Under the pieces are notes generated by a model. The model did no database searches, was not told where the DNA came from, and saw nothing but the letters and a program-made list of their open reading frames with translations. From Dehalococcoidia bacterium (GTDB taxonomy: Bacteria > Chloroflexota > Dehalococcoidia > Lucifugimonadales > UBA6952): a DNA stretch of 64,000 nt. Where the stretch lies: the NCBI GenBank assembly GCA_045562575.1, contig JBJKVQ010000018.1, positions 17,895-81,894 of the forward strand. The letters are read 5' to 3'. The translations under genes and the position numbers were made by a program. Below are positions 19,398 to 28,835 of this stretch, piece by piece; position 1 is the first letter of the stretch; the number at the start of each line of letters is the position of its first letter.

Positions 19398-20549
19398 ATG
19401 AAAATTGGTGTAATTAATCAAGTTGATGATATAGAAAAACGTGTTTTATTAACACCTTCTGATGTAGGTAAATTAATAAAACAAGGTCATAGTGTATATA
19501 TTGAATCTGATTCAGGTAGTGGTGCCTTTTTCCCAGACAATTTATATACTGATGTTGGTGCATTTATTGCTAATGGTTCTGATATCTTTGATGAACCCGA
19601 TGTTATATTATCTTTAAATTCAAATGCTGTGAATATTTTAGATAAAATTACTAAAGGTAAAACATTAATCACTAATATACCTTTAAATTTAAATGATGAA
19701 TTTGCTACTAAAGCTTCCAAAGAACATATAACACTCATTAATCTAGGTGCAATTCCACGTATTGCAAGAGCACAAAGTATGGATATCCTCAGTTCTCAAA
19801 GCAGTCTAGCCGGGTATAAAGCTACTTTAATAGCAGCTCAGTTACTCGGTAAAATCTTTCCAATGATGATGACGGCTGCAGGTACTATCCCTCCTGCTCA
19901 TGGATTAATTCTTGGTGCAGGTGTCGCAGGATTACAAGCAATTGCTACTTCTCGAAGATTAGGAGCTGTAGTTAGTGCGTATGATGTCAGACCCGTTGTG
20001 AAGGAGCAAGTAGAAAGTTTAGGGGCAAAATTCCTTCACCTAGATTTTGGTGATCAAAACCTAGAAGATCAAGGTGGATATGCTAAAGAAGTTACCCAAG
20101 ATATGAAAGCTAAAGAAGATGCCTTAGTACATGAAAATGTTGCATTGGCTGATTTTGTTATTACTACCGCATTAATTCCTGGTCGACCCGCACCAATATT
20201 AGTTGATAAATCTATGGTTTCTAGTATGAAGCCTGGATCAGTAATTATTGATATGGCTGCAGAAATGGGTGGGAATTGTGAGCTTACCAAACCTGGAGAA
20301 ACTATTATTTCGAACGATGTAATTATAAGTGGCCCCATTAACTTACCTAGTCAAATTCCTAATCATGCAAGTCAAATGTTATCGGCTAATATTATTTCAC
20401 TGTTGAAACATTTCATTCCTGCAACAGAATTATATATTGACTTAGAGGATGAAATAACACTACAAACTTGTACTAGTCATGAAGGGATAAATTTGTTAAA
20501 AAATAATTTAAATACTACCCCAGAGGTGAAAGATATAAATAATGAATGA
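19398..20549 (+). CDS. pntAA: NAD(P) transhydrogenase subunit alpha part 1 (PntAA)
   Basis: 383 aa with an AlaDH/PNT fold and the NAD site GAGVAGLQAIATSRRLGA. Confidence 0.92.
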   Translation: MKIGVINQVDDIEKRVLLTPSDVGKLIKQGHSVYIESDSGSGAFFPDNLYTDVGAFIANGSDIFDEPDVILSLNSNAVNILDKITKGKTLITNIPLNLNDEFATKASKEHITLINLGAIPRIARAQSMDILSSQSSLAGYKATLIAAQLLGKIFPMMMTAAGTIPPAHGLILGAGVAGLQAIATSRRLGAVVSAYDVRPVVKEQVESLGAKFLHLDFGDQNLEDQGGYAKEVTQDMKAKEDALVHENVALADFVITTALIPGRPAPILVDKSMVSSMKPGSVIIDMAAEMGGNCELTKPGETIISNDVIISGPINLPSQIPNHASQMLSANIISLLKHFIPATELYIDLEDEITLQTCTSHEGINLLKNNLNTTPEVKDINNE

Positions 20550-20862
20550 TATAGAGTTAATTTTCATTTTATATGTTTTTGTATTAGCTATTTTTGTTGG
20601 GTTTGAATTAATCACAAAGGTTCCTCCGACACTACATACGCCTTTAATGTCGGGAGCTAATGCAATCTCGGGTATAACTATTATTGGTGCCCTTATAGTT
20701 TCAGGTCAATCAAATACTGATGTAACGATTTCTCTATTTGGTATTACGATAAATATAGCAACAATCCTCGGTTTATTTGCTTTGATTTTTGCGACAATTA
20801 ATGTAGTTGGGGGTTTTACTGTTACTGATAGAATGCTCCAAATGTTTAAAAAAGGGAAATAA
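20542..20862 (+). CDS. pntAB: NAD(P) transhydrogenase subunit alpha part 2 (PntAB)
   Basis: 106-aa membrane protein. Contains LHTPLMSGANAISGI, and its start overlaps the pntAA stop. Confidence 0.9.
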   Translation: MNDIELIFILYVFVLAIFVGFELITKVPPTLHTPLMSGANAISGITIIGALIVSGQSNTDVTISLFGITINIATILGLFALIFATINVVGGFTVTDRMLQMFKKGK

Positions 20863-20865
20863 TAG

Positions 20866-22272
20866 ATGAATTCATTATTAAGTATAACAATGGATGATAT
20901 GATTCAACTTTCTTATTTGATAGCTGCTATAGCTTTTATGTTAGGTATCAAATATTTGAGTTCTCCAGCTACTGCAAGGAAAGGAAATTTATTTGCAAGT
21001 ATTGGTATGTTACTTGCGGTTACGACAACTCTTTTCAATGAAAATATTATCACTTATGAATTAATAATTACTGGTTTAATTTTAGGTAGTTTGATTGGTG
21101 TTGTCTTAGCTAAAAAAGTACAAATGACTGCAATGCCTCAGATGGTTGCTGTTTTCAATGGATTTGGTGGCGCTGCTTCTGCATTAATCGCTAGTGCTGA
21201 ATTTGTAAATATAAATGAGAATTCTGATAAATTTCCTATATTAATGATTTCTTTAAGTGTATTAATTGGCTTTGTAACATTTTCAGGAAGTATTATTGCT
21301 TTTTTCAAGTTACAGGAACTAATTAGTGGACGTGCAATAGTATATCCTTTTCAAAAAACAATAACAGCTATTTGTTTTATATCAATAATAGTACTTTCTT
21401 CTTATCTAATATTTTCTACAACTTCTGCATTTGTTTTTATAATTATCATTTCTCTGTGCTTGTTACTAGGTATTTTATTAGTTATTCCTATAGGGGGAGC
21501 TGATATGCCTGTAGTGGTATCATTACTTAATTCCTATTCAGGATTAGCAGCTGCAGTTACTGGTTTTCTTTTGAATAATCTTCTCCTAGTAATTTCTGGA
21601 TCTCTGGTAGGAGCTGCTGGTTTAATCCTAACGACAATTATGACTAAAGCTATGAATAGATCATTAGTTAATGTAATATTTGGTAACTTTGGGGCTACTG
21701 ATTCAAGCAGTCTTGGAAATGATAATACTGATAAAATTGTTCGTTCAACTAGTTTTGAGGAAGTTGCAATTTTATTAGCTTATGCAGATAGAGTAATTTT
21801 TGTTCCTGGGTACGGATTAGCAGTTGCCCAAGCACAACATCAAGTTCGAGAACTTGCAGATCTTCTTCAGTCAAAAGGAGTTGACGTACGATATGCAATT
21901 CATCCAGTTGCAGGACGAATGCCAGGACATATGAATGTGCTTTTAGCTGAAGCTAATATACCCTATGATAAACTCTATGACCTTGATAACATAAATGATT
22001 CTTTTGATACTACAGATGTTTCAGTTGTAATTGGTGCAAATGATGTAATAAACCCTGCGGCAAGAGACACTCCATCAAGCCCTTTGTACGGTATGCCAAT
22101 ATTAAATGTGGATAAATCACGAAGCGTAATAGTACTAAAAAGAAGTATGAGTCCTGGATTTGCAGGTGTAGATAATGATTTATTTTATATGGATAATACT
22201 ATGATGTTTTTTAGAGACGCTAAAGATGGTTTAAATGAAATTATCTCTGAAGTTAAAGATAATTTACTATAG
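20866..22272 (+). CDS. pntB: NAD(P) transhydrogenase subunit beta (PntB)
   Basis: 468 aa with an N-terminal membrane domain and a C-terminal NADP(H) domain (VPGYGLAVAQAQH...HPVAGRMPGHMNVLLAEA). Confidence 0.93.
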   Translation: MNSLLSITMDDMIQLSYLIAAIAFMLGIKYLSSPATARKGNLFASIGMLLAVTTTLFNENIITYELIITGLILGSLIGVVLAKKVQMTAMPQMVAVFNGFGGAASALIASAEFVNINENSDKFPILMISLSVLIGFVTFSGSIIAFFKLQELISGRAIVYPFQKTITAICFISIIVLSSYLIFSTTSAFVFIIIISLCLLLGILLVIPIGGADMPVVVSLLNSYSGLAAAVTGFLLNNLLLVISGSLVGAAGLILTTIMTKAMNRSLVNVIFGNFGATDSSSLGNDNTDKIVRSTSFEEVAILLAYADRVIFVPGYGLAVAQAQHQVRELADLLQSKGVDVRYAIHPVAGRMPGHMNVLLAEANIPYDKLYDLDNINDSFDTTDVSVVIGANDVINPAARDTPSSPLYGMPILNVDKSRSVIVLKRSMSPGFAGVDNDLFYMDNTMMFFRDAKDGLNEIISEVKDNLL

Positions 22273-22281
22273 GCGAGAATT

Positions 22282-22431
22282 ATGCCAAAAGATGATAATA
22301 AATCAATATATATTAACTTGTATGGTATCTCTGAACCTGAGAAAGTACCATTTTATAAAAGACGTTTATTTATAAGTTTAGTATTATTTATAATAGTATC
22401 TTTGTTAGCTTTATTTTTTATCATAACTTAG
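22282..22431 (+). CDS. Possible small membrane protein (49 aa)
   Basis: ORF below the track cutoff: MPKDDNKSIYINLYGISEPEKVPFYKRRLFISLVLFIIVSLLALFFIIT. It has one C-terminal TM helix and starts 9 nt after the pntB stop. No family recognised. Confidence 0.3.
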   Translation: MPKDDNKSIYINLYGISEPEKVPFYKRRLFISLVLFIIVSLLALFFIIT

Positions 22432-22453
22432 AAAAGACAGGATAAAGACATTA

Positions 22454-23923
22454 ATGCAGTATGAATCAGTAATTGGATTAGAAGTTCATGCACAATTAAC
22501 TACTGAGAGTAAAATGTTTTGTGGTTGCCCTGCTGAATATCAGGGGCAATCAATTAATACTATAGTGTGCCCAGTATGTATGGGAATGCCAGGAAGTTTG
22601 CCAGTTATAAATGAGAAGGCTGTGCAATTGGTTATTGCTACTGGTCTAGCTCTCAATTGTTCTATTTCAGAATGGACTAAATTTGATAGAAAGAATTATC
22701 CTTATCCAGACCTAATGAAGGGTTATCAGATTTCTCAATATGATTATCCAATTGCTTATAGTGGCTATTTGGATATTACTTCAGAAAATATACTTTCAAC
22801 AGTTAGAGTAAATAGAGTTCACTTAGAAGAAGATGTAGCGAAACTTACTCACTTAGGTTCAAATTCTAATGCTAGAAGTTTACTTGATATAAATAGAGCT
22901 GGTGTTCCTTTGATGGAAACCGTTTCAGAGCCAGATATGAGAACCTCTGATCAAGCAAGAGAATATTTAGTTCAACTTCGTTCAATTCTTCAATTTATAG
23001 GTGTATCCACATGTAATATGGAAGAAGGAAGCTTTAGATGTGATGCGAATATTAGTATAAGATCGATTGGTGACACTAATCTTGGGTCTAAAGTTGAAGT
23101 AAAAAACATGAATAGTTTGCGCGCAGTACAGGGTGCTTTAGAATTTGAATTTGAACGTCAGGTTAAATTAGCAGAAAAAGGTGAAAGAATTATTCAAGAA
23201 ACCCGTGGATGGGTTGATGATAAAGAAATTACTGTATCCCAAAGATCAAAAGAGGATGCAAATGATTATAGATACTTTCCTGAACCAGACTTACCCCCTC
23301 TTATTATTCCTAAAAGTTTGATTGATGAAATTGAAAGTAAAATACCAGAATTACCTTCTGCAAGAAAATCCAGATATGTAGAAGATTATAAAATTTCTGA
23401 ATATGATGCTGGTTTAATCATCAGTGATATAAATTTCTCTAATTTTTTTGACAATTCAGTAAATACTAGCAACAAATCTTCGGAAGAATTAAATACCAGA
23501 GCTAAAACAATAGCAAATTTACTTCTTACTGAAGTAAATCGACTGTTAAATATACAAAATATTTTAATTAATCAAACAAAACTCACACCCCTGGCAATTA
23601 ACGAAATTGCTGAATTGTTAGAGTCTGGAGATATTAATTCAACAGTTGGGAAGCAAGTATTAGAAGAAACATTTAAGTCTGGTGATTCTCCAAAGAAGAT
23701 CGTACAAGAAAAAGGTTTGATACAAATAACTGATTCCGACTCCTTAATACCAGTAATAGAAGTAGTATTAGATAAAAACCCAGATGCTGTAAATGACTAT
23801 ATAAATGGTAAAGATACAGCAGTAAGGTTTCTTGTGGGACAAGTTATGAAAGAAACTAAAGGTAAAGCCAATCCAACATTAGTTTCAGAATTACTTTCGA
23901 GCCAACTTAATTTGCGAAAATAA
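22454..23923 (+). CDS. gatB: Asp/Glu-tRNA(Asn/Gln) amidotransferase subunit B
   Basis: The N-terminus YESVIGLEVHAQL...KMFCGC, plus a C-terminal GatB/YqeY domain. gatC and gatA are not adjacent. Confidence 0.93.
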   Translation: MQYESVIGLEVHAQLTTESKMFCGCPAEYQGQSINTIVCPVCMGMPGSLPVINEKAVQLVIATGLALNCSISEWTKFDRKNYPYPDLMKGYQISQYDYPIAYSGYLDITSENILSTVRVNRVHLEEDVAKLTHLGSNSNARSLLDINRAGVPLMETVSEPDMRTSDQAREYLVQLRSILQFIGVSTCNMEEGSFRCDANISIRSIGDTNLGSKVEVKNMNSLRAVQGALEFEFERQVKLAEKGERIIQETRGWVDDKEITVSQRSKEDANDYRYFPEPDLPPLIIPKSLIDEIESKIPELPSARKSRYVEDYKISEYDAGLIISDINFSNFFDNSVNTSNKSSEELNTRAKTIANLLLTEVNRLLNIQNILINQTKLTPLAINEIAELLESGDINSTVGKQVLEETFKSGDSPKKIVQEKGLIQITDSDSLIPVIEVVLDKNPDAVNDYINGKDTAVRFLVGQVMKETKGKANPTLVSELLSSQLNLRK

Positions 23924-23975
23924 AATTGTGGTATAATACACATCGAATTATTTATAAACAAGGTATAAAAATAAA

Positions 23976-24194
23976 ATGGAAACGTCATTAAATATAGTTC
24001 AAATAATTTTATCAGTCGTATTAATTACGGTAATACTAATACAGGTACGTGGTTCTGCTGGTAATTTATTTGGTGGTGGAGAGAGTTCATTTAGGACAAG
24101 AAGAGGAGTAGATTTAGTACTTTTTAGATTTACTATATTTGTAGGTGTTTTGTTTGTTTTGGTATCTTTGTTTAGCGTAATAATACAACGATAG
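23976..24194 (+). CDS. secG: Preprotein translocase subunit SecG
   Basis: 72 aa with two TM helices and a glycine-rich loop (GSAGNLFGGGESSF). An extended -10 TGGTATAAT lies at about 23932-23940. Confidence 0.8.
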   Translation: METSLNIVQIILSVVLITVILIQVRGSAGNLFGGGESSFRTRRGVDLVLFRFTIFVGVLFVLVSLFSVIIQR

Positions 24195-24195
24195 T

Positions 24196-25563
24196 CTACA
24201 AGTATTTCCACTTCGTTTTATCGGGTGTATCTTCTAGTTGTATATTTAATTCTGCAAGTTTGTCTCTGATTAAGTCAGCTTCTGCAAAGTATTTTTTTTC
24301 ACGCATAGTCTTTCTAAGTTCAATCAATAATTCTATAAAAGGCGCTACTTCTTGATTCTTTTCTTTGGCGCTTTCAAAAGTTAAACCTAATATAGTACCA
24401 AATTCTCTAAGTAGATTAGTTCCATTTTCAACATTCAAACCTTCTTGAATACCTTTATTAATATTTCTTGAAAGTTCAAAAATTTCTGCAATAGCTCTTG
24501 GGGTATTAAGGTCATCATCCATTGCCTCTACAAAGTTTTGTCGATGAATACTAACATCCAGTTCATTTCCATTATGATCGTATTCAGTTTCTAATGAATA
24601 ACGTACACGTGATAAGGCATTTTCAATACCATGAATCTCGTCTGTAGAATATATTCTTGGACTTCGATAATGTGAGGATAAAAGAAAGATTCTTAAAGAA
24701 TCAATAGAGTGCTCTTTTATAGCATCTTCAAGACTTACAAAGTTTCCTTGATGTCGTGTCATTTTTTCCGTATCTTTTTCGCTAAGTCTTAATAAACCAT
24801 TATGCAACCAAAAGTTTACAACTGGAGTTTTTCCACTAAATCCTTCAGATTGTGCAATCTCATTTTCATGGTGGGGAAATACCACATCGTGTCCTCCCCC
24901 ATGTATATCAAATTGATCTCCAAGTAGGCTTATCGACATTGCAGAACATTCTATATGCCATCCAGGCCTACCATCTCCCCAAGGGCTAGACCATGCGGGT
25001 TCTCCAAGTTTTGAAGATTTCCATAGAGCAAAATCAGATGGGTTTTCTTTTCTATCATCAACTTCAATTCTAGTACCTGATTCCATTTCATCTAACGAGC
25101 GTCTGGATAAGCTACCATAATTTGAAAATTTTTCAACACGATAATAAACATCATTACCAATATTATATGCTATCCCTTTATCGATTAATTGTTCAATAAT
25201 AGTTATCATTTCACTTATATAATCAGTAGCTTTCGGATAAGAATTCGCTCTCATTACTCGCAACGCATCCATTTCGTTTAAAAACCGATCTATATGGTAC
25301 TCTGAAATTTCTTTTATCGATCGGGATTCGGTATTTGAAGTTTCAATAATTCGATCTTCAATATCCGTAAAATTTTGAACGTGATTAACTTCATATCCAC
25401 GATATAGTAGATATTTTTTTAAAACATCAAATACTATAAAAGAAAGAGCATGTCCTACATGGCAAGGACCATATAAATTTGGGCCACAAACATACATCGT
25501 AACTACTTTATTTAGTGGGATAAAATCTCTTTTTGTTCCCGTAAGTGTATCTGTTAATTTCAT
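24196..25563 (-). CDS. cysS: Cysteine--tRNA ligase
   Basis: 455 aa with a HIGH-type motif CHVGHA and the class I fold. Lies downstream of ispDF. Confidence 0.93.
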   Translation of the reverse strand: MKLTDTLTGTKRDFIPLNKVVTMYVCGPNLYGPCHVGHALSFIVFDVLKKYLLYRGYEVNHVQNFTDIEDRIIETSNTESRSIKEISEYHIDRFLNEMDALRVMRANSYPKATDYISEMITIIEQLIDKGIAYNIGNDVYYRVEKFSNYGSLSRRSLDEMESGTRIEVDDRKENPSDFALWKSSKLGEPAWSSPWGDGRPGWHIECSAMSISLLGDQFDIHGGGHDVVFPHHENEIAQSEGFSGKTPVVNFWLHNGLLRLSEKDTEKMTRHQGNFVSLEDAIKEHSIDSLRIFLLSSHYRSPRIYSTDEIHGIENALSRVRYSLETEYDHNGNELDVSIHRQNFVEAMDDDLNTPRAIAEIFELSRNINKGIQEGLNVENGTNLLREFGTILGLTFESAKEKNQEVAPFIELLIELRKTMREKKYFAEADLIRDKLAELNIQLEDTPDKTKWKYL

Positions 25564-25581
25564 ATCACAATCATATTCTAA

Positions 25582-26049
25582 TTACAGTATTAAAGCTACT
25601 GATTGGCATGCAATACCTTTACCCTGTCCAATAAATCCAAGCTCATCAGTAGTAGTTGCTTTAATATTTATTAGTTCAGATTTTATATCTAATGAGGTAG
25701 ATAAAGTGGTTTTTATCAACTCTATATATGTTGAAAGTTTAGGGTATTGAGCAACTATTGTTACGTCAATATTACCTATAGTCCAGCCAGCAACTCTTAT
25801 TAGCTCAAGAGTTGAAACGAGTAATGAAATACTATTAACACCTTTATATTTCATATCTGTTGATGGGAAATACTTTCCAATATCGCCAAGACCTGCAGCA
25901 CCCAATAGTGAATCTATTATTGCATGTATAACAACATCTCCATCACTATGACCTTGCAGTCCTTTAGAAAAAGGTATTTCCACACCACCTAATATTAGTT
26001 TGCGATTATCATCGAGTTTATGTACATCAAATCCAGTTCCTATTCGCAC
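25582..26049 (-). CDS. ispF: 2-C-methyl-D-erythritol 2,4-cyclodiphosphate synthase
   Basis: MRIGTGFDVHKL...GHSDGDVVIHAIIDSLLGA is the canonical IspF sequence. Confidence 0.95.
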   Translation of the reverse strand: MRIGTGFDVHKLDDNRKLILGGVEIPFSKGLQGHSDGDVVIHAIIDSLLGAAGLGDIGKYFPSTDMKYKGVNSISLLVSTLELIRVAGWTIGNIDVTIVAQYPKLSTYIELIKTTLSTSLDIKSELINIKATTTDELGFIGQGKGIACQSVALIL

Positions 26050-26050
26050 G

Positions 26051-26746
26051 TTATTTTTTTTCCTTAATTATTGATTTAACCATAGCAATGTCATCATTAG
26101 TTGTCACTTTAATATTAGATTTTGATCCTTTGAAGGTTTTTATTTTAACTCCTAATTTCTGAACCAACATAGCATCGTCTGTTACAGAGTCTATAGTTAT
26201 AGTTAATGCTTCTGAAATTAATTCATATGAAAAACATTGTGGTGTTTGTGTTATCCAAACTGTTTCTCTATCCACAATTTTATCTGCAAAATCGTCATCG
26301 GATAATGTTCTAAGAGTATCTGTTGATGGTATTACAGGAATTGATGCATTGAATTGAATAACACTTTCTATAGCCCGATTAATAATACATTGATTTACAC
26401 AAGGTCTAGCAGCATCATGAATTAGTACAAAATCATGCTTTCCTAAAGCATTTAGTCCATTTAATACAGAGTCCTGTCGTCTTAAGCCTCCAACAGATAT
26501 GGACTTAACTTTTTCAAAACTAAGTGATTTAATATATTCTATGCCTGATGTATAACTTTTCTCACTTAACACAACACTAATCGAAGAAATATGAGGGGAA
26601 TCATTGAATTCTTTTAAACTATAATATAATAAGGGATTGTTATATATTTGCATAAATATTTTATCATTGCCATCCATTCTTGTACTGGATCCTGCAGCTA
26701 ATAAAATAACACCTACATCAGGTTTTTTTTTCTGGTTTTTATACAT
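26051..26746 (-). CDS. ispD: 2-C-methyl-D-erythritol 4-phosphate cytidylyltransferase
   Basis: VILLAAGSSTRM...VLIHDAARP motifs. Confidence 0.92.
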   Translation of the reverse strand: MYKNQKKKPDVGVILLAAGSSTRMDGNDKIFMQIYNNPLLYYSLKEFNDSPHISSISVVLSEKSYTSGIEYIKSLSFEKVKSISVGGLRRQDSVLNGLNALGKHDFVLIHDAARPCVNQCIINRAIESVIQFNASIPVIPSTDTLRTLSDDDFADKIVDRETVWITQTPQCFSYELISEALTITIDSVTDDAMLVQKLGVKIKTFKGSKSNIKVTTNDDIAMVKSIIKEKK

Positions 26747-26877
26747 AAAGTAGTCCTAAATTGAAGTCTATCAAAGGACTATTCCTTATGTCAAAGTAAC
26801 ATTGATATAAATTACATATCCTTTTATAGACTATTTTAAATGAGAAATGGTAGAATTTTTTTATAATTGAGGTTTAA

Positions 26878-27369
26878 ATGGCATTAGAAAATTTTGCAAC
26901 TGAATATAGAAAAACTATGTCAAGTTTTGCTACCGGTGTTACGGTAGTAACAACACTAGATGAAAATGAATACATACATGGTATGACAGCAAATTCTTTT
27001 ACATCAGTATCTTTAGATCCTCCTACGGTCTTGGTTTGTATAGGAAATACCAGGAATACAATTACTCATGTAAACAATACAAATGAGTTTGCAATTAATA
27101 TATTATCGGATAGGCAAAAACACATTGCTGATTATTTTGCCAAGGAGCAACCAAAAGGCACCGAAGTTCTTGAATTTAATTGGTCAATGAAATTTGGATC
27201 TCCCTTTATTGAAGGATCAATAGCTTTTTTAAAAGCTAAGGTCATAGAAAAATATAATTACGGGGATCATACAATTATATTGGGTAAAGTCCAAGGGATA
27301 GACACCCAAGAAGGGGATCCGTTGTTGTACTATCAAAGCAATTACCTATTTGTTCCTAATTCTTCTTGA
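26878..27369 (+). CDS. Flavin reductase-like (FMN-binding split-barrel) protein
   Basis: SSFATGVTVVTT...GMTANSFTSVSLDPP is the typical flavin reductase domain. Confidence 0.85.
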   Translation: MALENFATEYRKTMSSFATGVTVVTTLDENEYIHGMTANSFTSVSLDPPTVLVCIGNTRNTITHVNNTNEFAINILSDRQKHIADYFAKEQPKGTEVLEFNWSMKFGSPFIEGSIAFLKAKVIEKYNYGDHTIILGKVQGIDTQEGDPLLYYQSNYLFVPNSS

Positions 27370-27882
27370 TTGCCTCCAAAGAATAAGTCCTCCACCAAGA
27401 ATGAAAATATGGGCTCCAAAAAATATCCAACTGCCTAATTCTGATCTTGTTTCCTTTTCTATAGTAATTTGATCGACAGGATATGTTTTGTCTCCTAATG
27501 AACTCATTACTTGAACACTTAAGTTCCAGCTTCCATTTGGTGGGAGAGATAAAACCGTTGAGTATATTTGTTCGGCTCCAGGCCTATTTAATGCATATGC
27601 CCATCCAGTTTCATTACCATTTATTTTTTCACTACGAATCTTTACTGTAGCATCTTCAATTATATTATTCGTTTTATCAAAAAGTTCTACTTCAAACCTT
27701 ATTTCGTTAGTGAAAGGTTCTAATGGATTTACAAATATTCTTGTATTATATATTTCATCTTGAAATTCATAAATTTTAGATTCGAATTGTGAATATACTA
27801 CATCTACAAGAATAGTTGAATATAAGAGAATTGTAATAAATATTTTAATTAGTAAAATATTACTATTAACTTTTTCAATCAT
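27346..27882 (-). CDS. Exported protein with a C-terminal membrane anchor (possibly a FixH/YtkA-like beta-sandwich)
   Basis: 178 aa with an N-terminal signal/anchor helix, a hydrophilic middle and a C-terminal TM helix followed by RQSRRIRNK. The family assignment is tentative. Confidence 0.55.
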   Translation of the reverse strand: MIEKVNSNILLIKIFITILLYSTILVDVVYSQFESKIYEFQDEIYNTRIFVNPLEPFTNEIRFEVELFDKTNNIIEDATVKIRSEKINGNETGWAYALNRPGAEQIYSTVLSLPPNGSWNLSVQVMSSLGDKTYPVDQITIEKETRSELGSWIFFGAHIFILGGGLILWRQSRRIRNK

Positions 27883-28816
27883 TTAATATGATTTCTATTT
27901 CTTCAATTATTGAAGTATCCAATTCCCATTCAGCTGCTTTTACATTAATTTCAACTTGTTCTGTTTTAGTTGCACCTGAAATTACAGAGCTAACAACATT
28001 TTTTGATAACAACCATGCAATAGCTAATTCAGTCATAGTATGACCTGCATTGGTTGCTATTTTTTCCAGTGATTCAACTTTATCAAAATTAGCCTCAGTA
28101 AAATAACTATTAGCACGTTCAGGGTTGCCAGCTAATCGTGTACCATCGGGAGCTGCTTGATTTCTTTTGTACTTTCCTGTTAAAAATCCGCTAGCCAACG
28201 GGAAAAAAGGTAAAATACCTATTCCATAATGTTCGCATACTGGGATTATTTCTTTTTCAATACTTCTATTTAGCATACTATATTCAGGTTGGTTACAAAT
28301 AAAAGGTTCTATAGATTCTCTTTTTGAAGTCTCCATAGCCTCTGCAATTTGCCAGCTTGCATAATTACTACAACCAATGTATCTTACCTTTCCTTGTCGA
28401 ACTAGATCATTAAGAGTTGTTAGTGTTTCTAGTATCGGTGTATTGGGGTCTGGTCTATGCATTTGATACAGATCGATATAATCGGTGTTTAATCTTCTTA
28501 AACTATCTTCTACTTGTTGAAGGATATGCTTTCTCGATGCCCCAATATTATTTGGCACACCACCCATATCCATACCAACTTTGGTTGCAATTATTACTTC
28601 TCTTCGTAAATCTTTTGTTATAACTTTTCCAATATATTCTTCTGATAATTGATTGCCATATGTGTTTGCTGTATCTAAAAAATTAATTCCTAAATCAATT
28701 GATTTATGAATTACTTCTTTGGTAGATTCTAAATCCATTCTTCCACCAAAATTATTTGTACCTAATCCGACAGTTGATACATCTAGTCCTGAATTTCCTA
28801 ATTTGCGATATTTCAT
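27875..28816 (-). CDS. Aldo-keto reductase
   Basis: MKYRKLGNSGLDVSTVGLGT is the canonical AKR N-terminus. I prefer the ATG at 28816 (AAAGGAGACAAA upstream) to the track start at 28861. Confidence 0.88.
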   Translation of the reverse strand: MKYRKLGNSGLDVSTVGLGTNNFGGRMDLESTKEVIHKSIDLGINFLDTANTYGNQLSEEYIGKVITKDLRREVIIATKVGMDMGGVPNNIGASRKHILQQVEDSLRRLNTDYIDLYQMHRPDPNTPILETLTTLNDLVRQGKVRYIGCSNYASWQIAEAMETSKRESIEPFICNQPEYSMLNRSIEKEIIPVCEHYGIGILPFFPLASGFLTGKYKRNQAAPDGTRLAGNPERANSYFTEANFDKVESLEKIATNAGHTMTELAIAWLLSKNVVSSVISGATKTEQVEINVKAAEWELDTSIIEEIEIILND

Positions 28817-28835
28817 TTTGTCTCCTTTATTATAA

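Noticed and set aside
26750-26782. Hairpin TAGTCC-N21-GGACTA in the ispD/flavin-reductase divergent intergenic region.
   Set aside because: The stem is a short 6 bp with a long loop and has no associated motif or T-run. It is indistinguishable from chance in a promoter region.
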